A DNA stretch of 51,832 nt from Octopus bimaculoides (taxonomy: Eukaryota): the NCBI RefSeq assembly GCF_001194135.2, contig NC_069002.1:17502831-17554662 (forward strand), in the 5' to 3' direction. The notes below the pieces were generated by a model, which saw only the letters and a list, made by a program, of their open reading frames with translations, was not told the DNA's origin and made no database searches. Shown piece after piece: positions 49,383-51,832 of the stretch. Position 1 is the first letter of the stretch, and each line of letters starts with the position of its first letter. Both the position numbers and the translations under genes were made by a program.

Positions 49383-49849
49383 CTGGTTAAGAAAATCCTT
49401 ATACATTAAGTTTTCAAATGAGTTAAGTGGTAGAATTCTCCAAAATTTTGTAAACTGAAATCAAAGCAAGAAAGAAATAAAGATTGTAATGTGATGCTAC
49501 TGATGAGAACATATTTACCATGGATTAGTTAGAGATGTGTGTGTGTGTGTGTACATGCATGTATGTGTGCATGCATGTGTGTGTGTAATGTGAGCTTGGC
49601 TTAATGGTTAGAATGTTGAACTCAATGCTGTAAGTTTGTGGTTTTGGTTCTCAGACTAAATTATGCGTTGCATTCTTGAGCAAAACATCTCATTTCTCAT
49701 CACTCCACTCTACCTAGCTGAAAATGTGTAAAGCAACCACAAAGGGAGCATTCTCCCCTCTTGAACAAGACATTAGTTCCTCACAGGGGGTTGACCCTGT
49801 GAGTGACTGATGTTTTGCTCAGAGGAGTATTGTACTCTCAGTCACTTGG

Positions 49850-51060
49850 AAACCAGAATAAGGTCTTGTAGGATTCCAAGTGACATACATACATACCTGA
49901 TTATCCAATTTTCTACAGATATTGGAATGAAATTTGGTGAGCTCGAATGCATTTTTGACAATAAAATGTGGAAAAGTTGTGCCCTCCTCTGAAAACCTAA
50001 AAATGAACAGCTTGGCAATATGACCCTACAGTCAGGTTACAATTATAGGTATCTTGGACATGGTAAGAATGTTAGATATGATGAACCCATAAATAGAGGA
50101 CCAGGAATGAATACCTTAGAAGATTAAAGAGAGTGTATGAAGATTGTAAGCCATGTGAACAGAGAACTCAATGACAGCAAAAAAATCCTGCCTGGAAACA
50201 GCACTGCTGGAGATCAAGAAACATCTGAACTGTTCCCATGAAAAGAAAGAGCAGACACAGAAGCCTGGGTTATAAAAAATATAAAGTCAAACCCTAAACC
50301 TTCTTTAAGTATGCCAGAGAAACTGCCTTCATGTGTTGCAAAGTAGAGCCACTCCTCCCAAAAAGATGGTTTCCTCATGGGAAACCCAATGAGAGTAAGT
50401 GAAACACTGAATTAACAATTCAAAAGTTTCTTCACCCTACCTTTAAGGCACATGCATTTTAGCAAACTTGTAGAATTCTTTACCACTACAGATGTAGAAA
50501 GGGAGACAGTAACAACTGATTACGTTGACATCAAAGAAGAGGATGTAATACTAGCAATAGATGATGCTGATGCAAACTCAGCAGCTGGATTGAAGGATTC
50601 CCAGCATCCCTTCTCAAGTCATGCAAACAAGCTCTTGCAAAACCACTGCAGTTTCATTTTCAGAGCCCTTTTGCAAATGGTAAGCTCTCAAGCAAACTGA
50701 AAGAGGAAATAATATGCCTATTCACGAAGGAGGAAGCAGAGCAGATGCTAAACATTCTAGGCCTGTTTCCCTGACCTCACACATCAGCAAAGTCATGGAA
50801 CAAATATCCCACAGGAAACTAATTGTGTTCCTTGAAGAGAATGACTTGCTGACTGACACCTAGTATGGCTGTCAACCAGGTAGAAGCTACTTGACACAAC
50901 TCTTTACAGCATAATGACTGGATGTTAAAGTGGCTACTCAACAACTTAAATGGGACCACGATACATCTAGACTTTGCAAAAGCCTTTGATAAAGTTGACC
51001 ATGGTATAATATGGCACATGCTGTGTAATCTCAGCATAGTTGGAGTGGTGCATTTAGAGT
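49850..51060 (+). mobile_element. CR1/L2-like LINE ORF2 fragment
   Basis: RPVSLTSHISKVMEQ; LEENDLLTD..QPGRSYLTQL; LDFAKAFDKVDHG-like; resembles the 22150-22830 element. Confidence 0.75.
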
Positions 51061-51617
51061 GGGTGCATTTATGTGTTTGCTCAACTTGCTAGAAACAGAA
51101 GCTAAATTTTCTTTAAACATCACCATACCATCTAATATAAGGCTAGATGCTTTAAGTGATGTAAGTCCCACATATTCCAAAAAGATTGGAATGCTTTGAT
51201 TAATTATATGTCTGTTGGATAATGCTGGTCTGGGGATAAACAAGAACAAAATTTGACCAATTTTGTTTTCTTATATAGAATGAGGAAACAGATTTAATGA
51301 AAATGTAGTAAACCATACACGAGATCATGACAGGAATTGCCTCGGTTGTAAAATGAAATTAGCAAACTCCTTTTTAAAACAGTGATTTAGAGCAAAATAT
51401 CTTAAAAGTATATCTGGAAATTGATCTAACTTCCCAAGAGTGTCCTTCCTTCATTGACTTTCTAAAAACAAACATTTTAACGATATTTTCCAGAGGTTAG
51501 GCTTAGGATAATGTAGATGACGATTATTTGGAAAAATGGAGGGGAAAAATTTTCATGACCATTCCCACAATCTCGGACATATTTCGGCAGACGTCAGCGA
51601 TAGGTGGTTCTTGTTGT

Positions 51618-51800
51618 TGGCACTCCGTCGCTTACGACGTCGAGGGTTCCAGTTGATCCGATCAACAGAACAGCCTGCTCGTGAAATTAACGTACAAGTG
51701 GCTGAGCATTCCACAGACACGTGTAGTGCTTAACGTGGTTCTCGGGGGAGATACAGCGTCACACAGAGTTTGACAAGGCTGACCCTTTGAATTACAGGCA
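51618..51800 (-). mobile_element. SINE family D 3' part, CpG-retaining
   Basis: tggcactccgtcgcttacgacgtcgagggttccagttgatccgatcaacagaacagcctgctcgtgaaattaacgt. Confidence 0.85.
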
Positions 51801-51832
51801 CAATAAAAACAGGAAGTAAGAGAAAGTCGTGG

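Overview
AT-rich, repeat-dense animal genomic DNA. The SINE repertoire looks like Octopus (inferred from recalled consensus sequences, not searched). There are three assembly gaps. The right part (27.5-49.4 kb, minus strand) holds the 3' end of an EFCAB6-like EF-hand gene: three confident exons and two probable upstream exons, all phase-compatible. A CpG-retaining domain (~16-22 kb) centres on a promoter-like segment with an overlapping CCAAT/ETS/CRE motif and a candidate first coding exon (MSTDRRSQ) of an unidentified minus-strand gene running left. The rest is mostly decayed mobile DNA: a CRE-clade non-LTR retrotransposon, a DD41D Tc1/mariner, DD34D mariners, a Tigger/pogo element, a Helitron Rep fragment and a Helitron 3' end, RTE and CR1-like LINE pieces, piggyBac-type and long-TIR MITEs, and at least four SINE families. 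No intact autonomous element was seen. No clearly new biological system could be demonstrated; the best leads are listed as findings.
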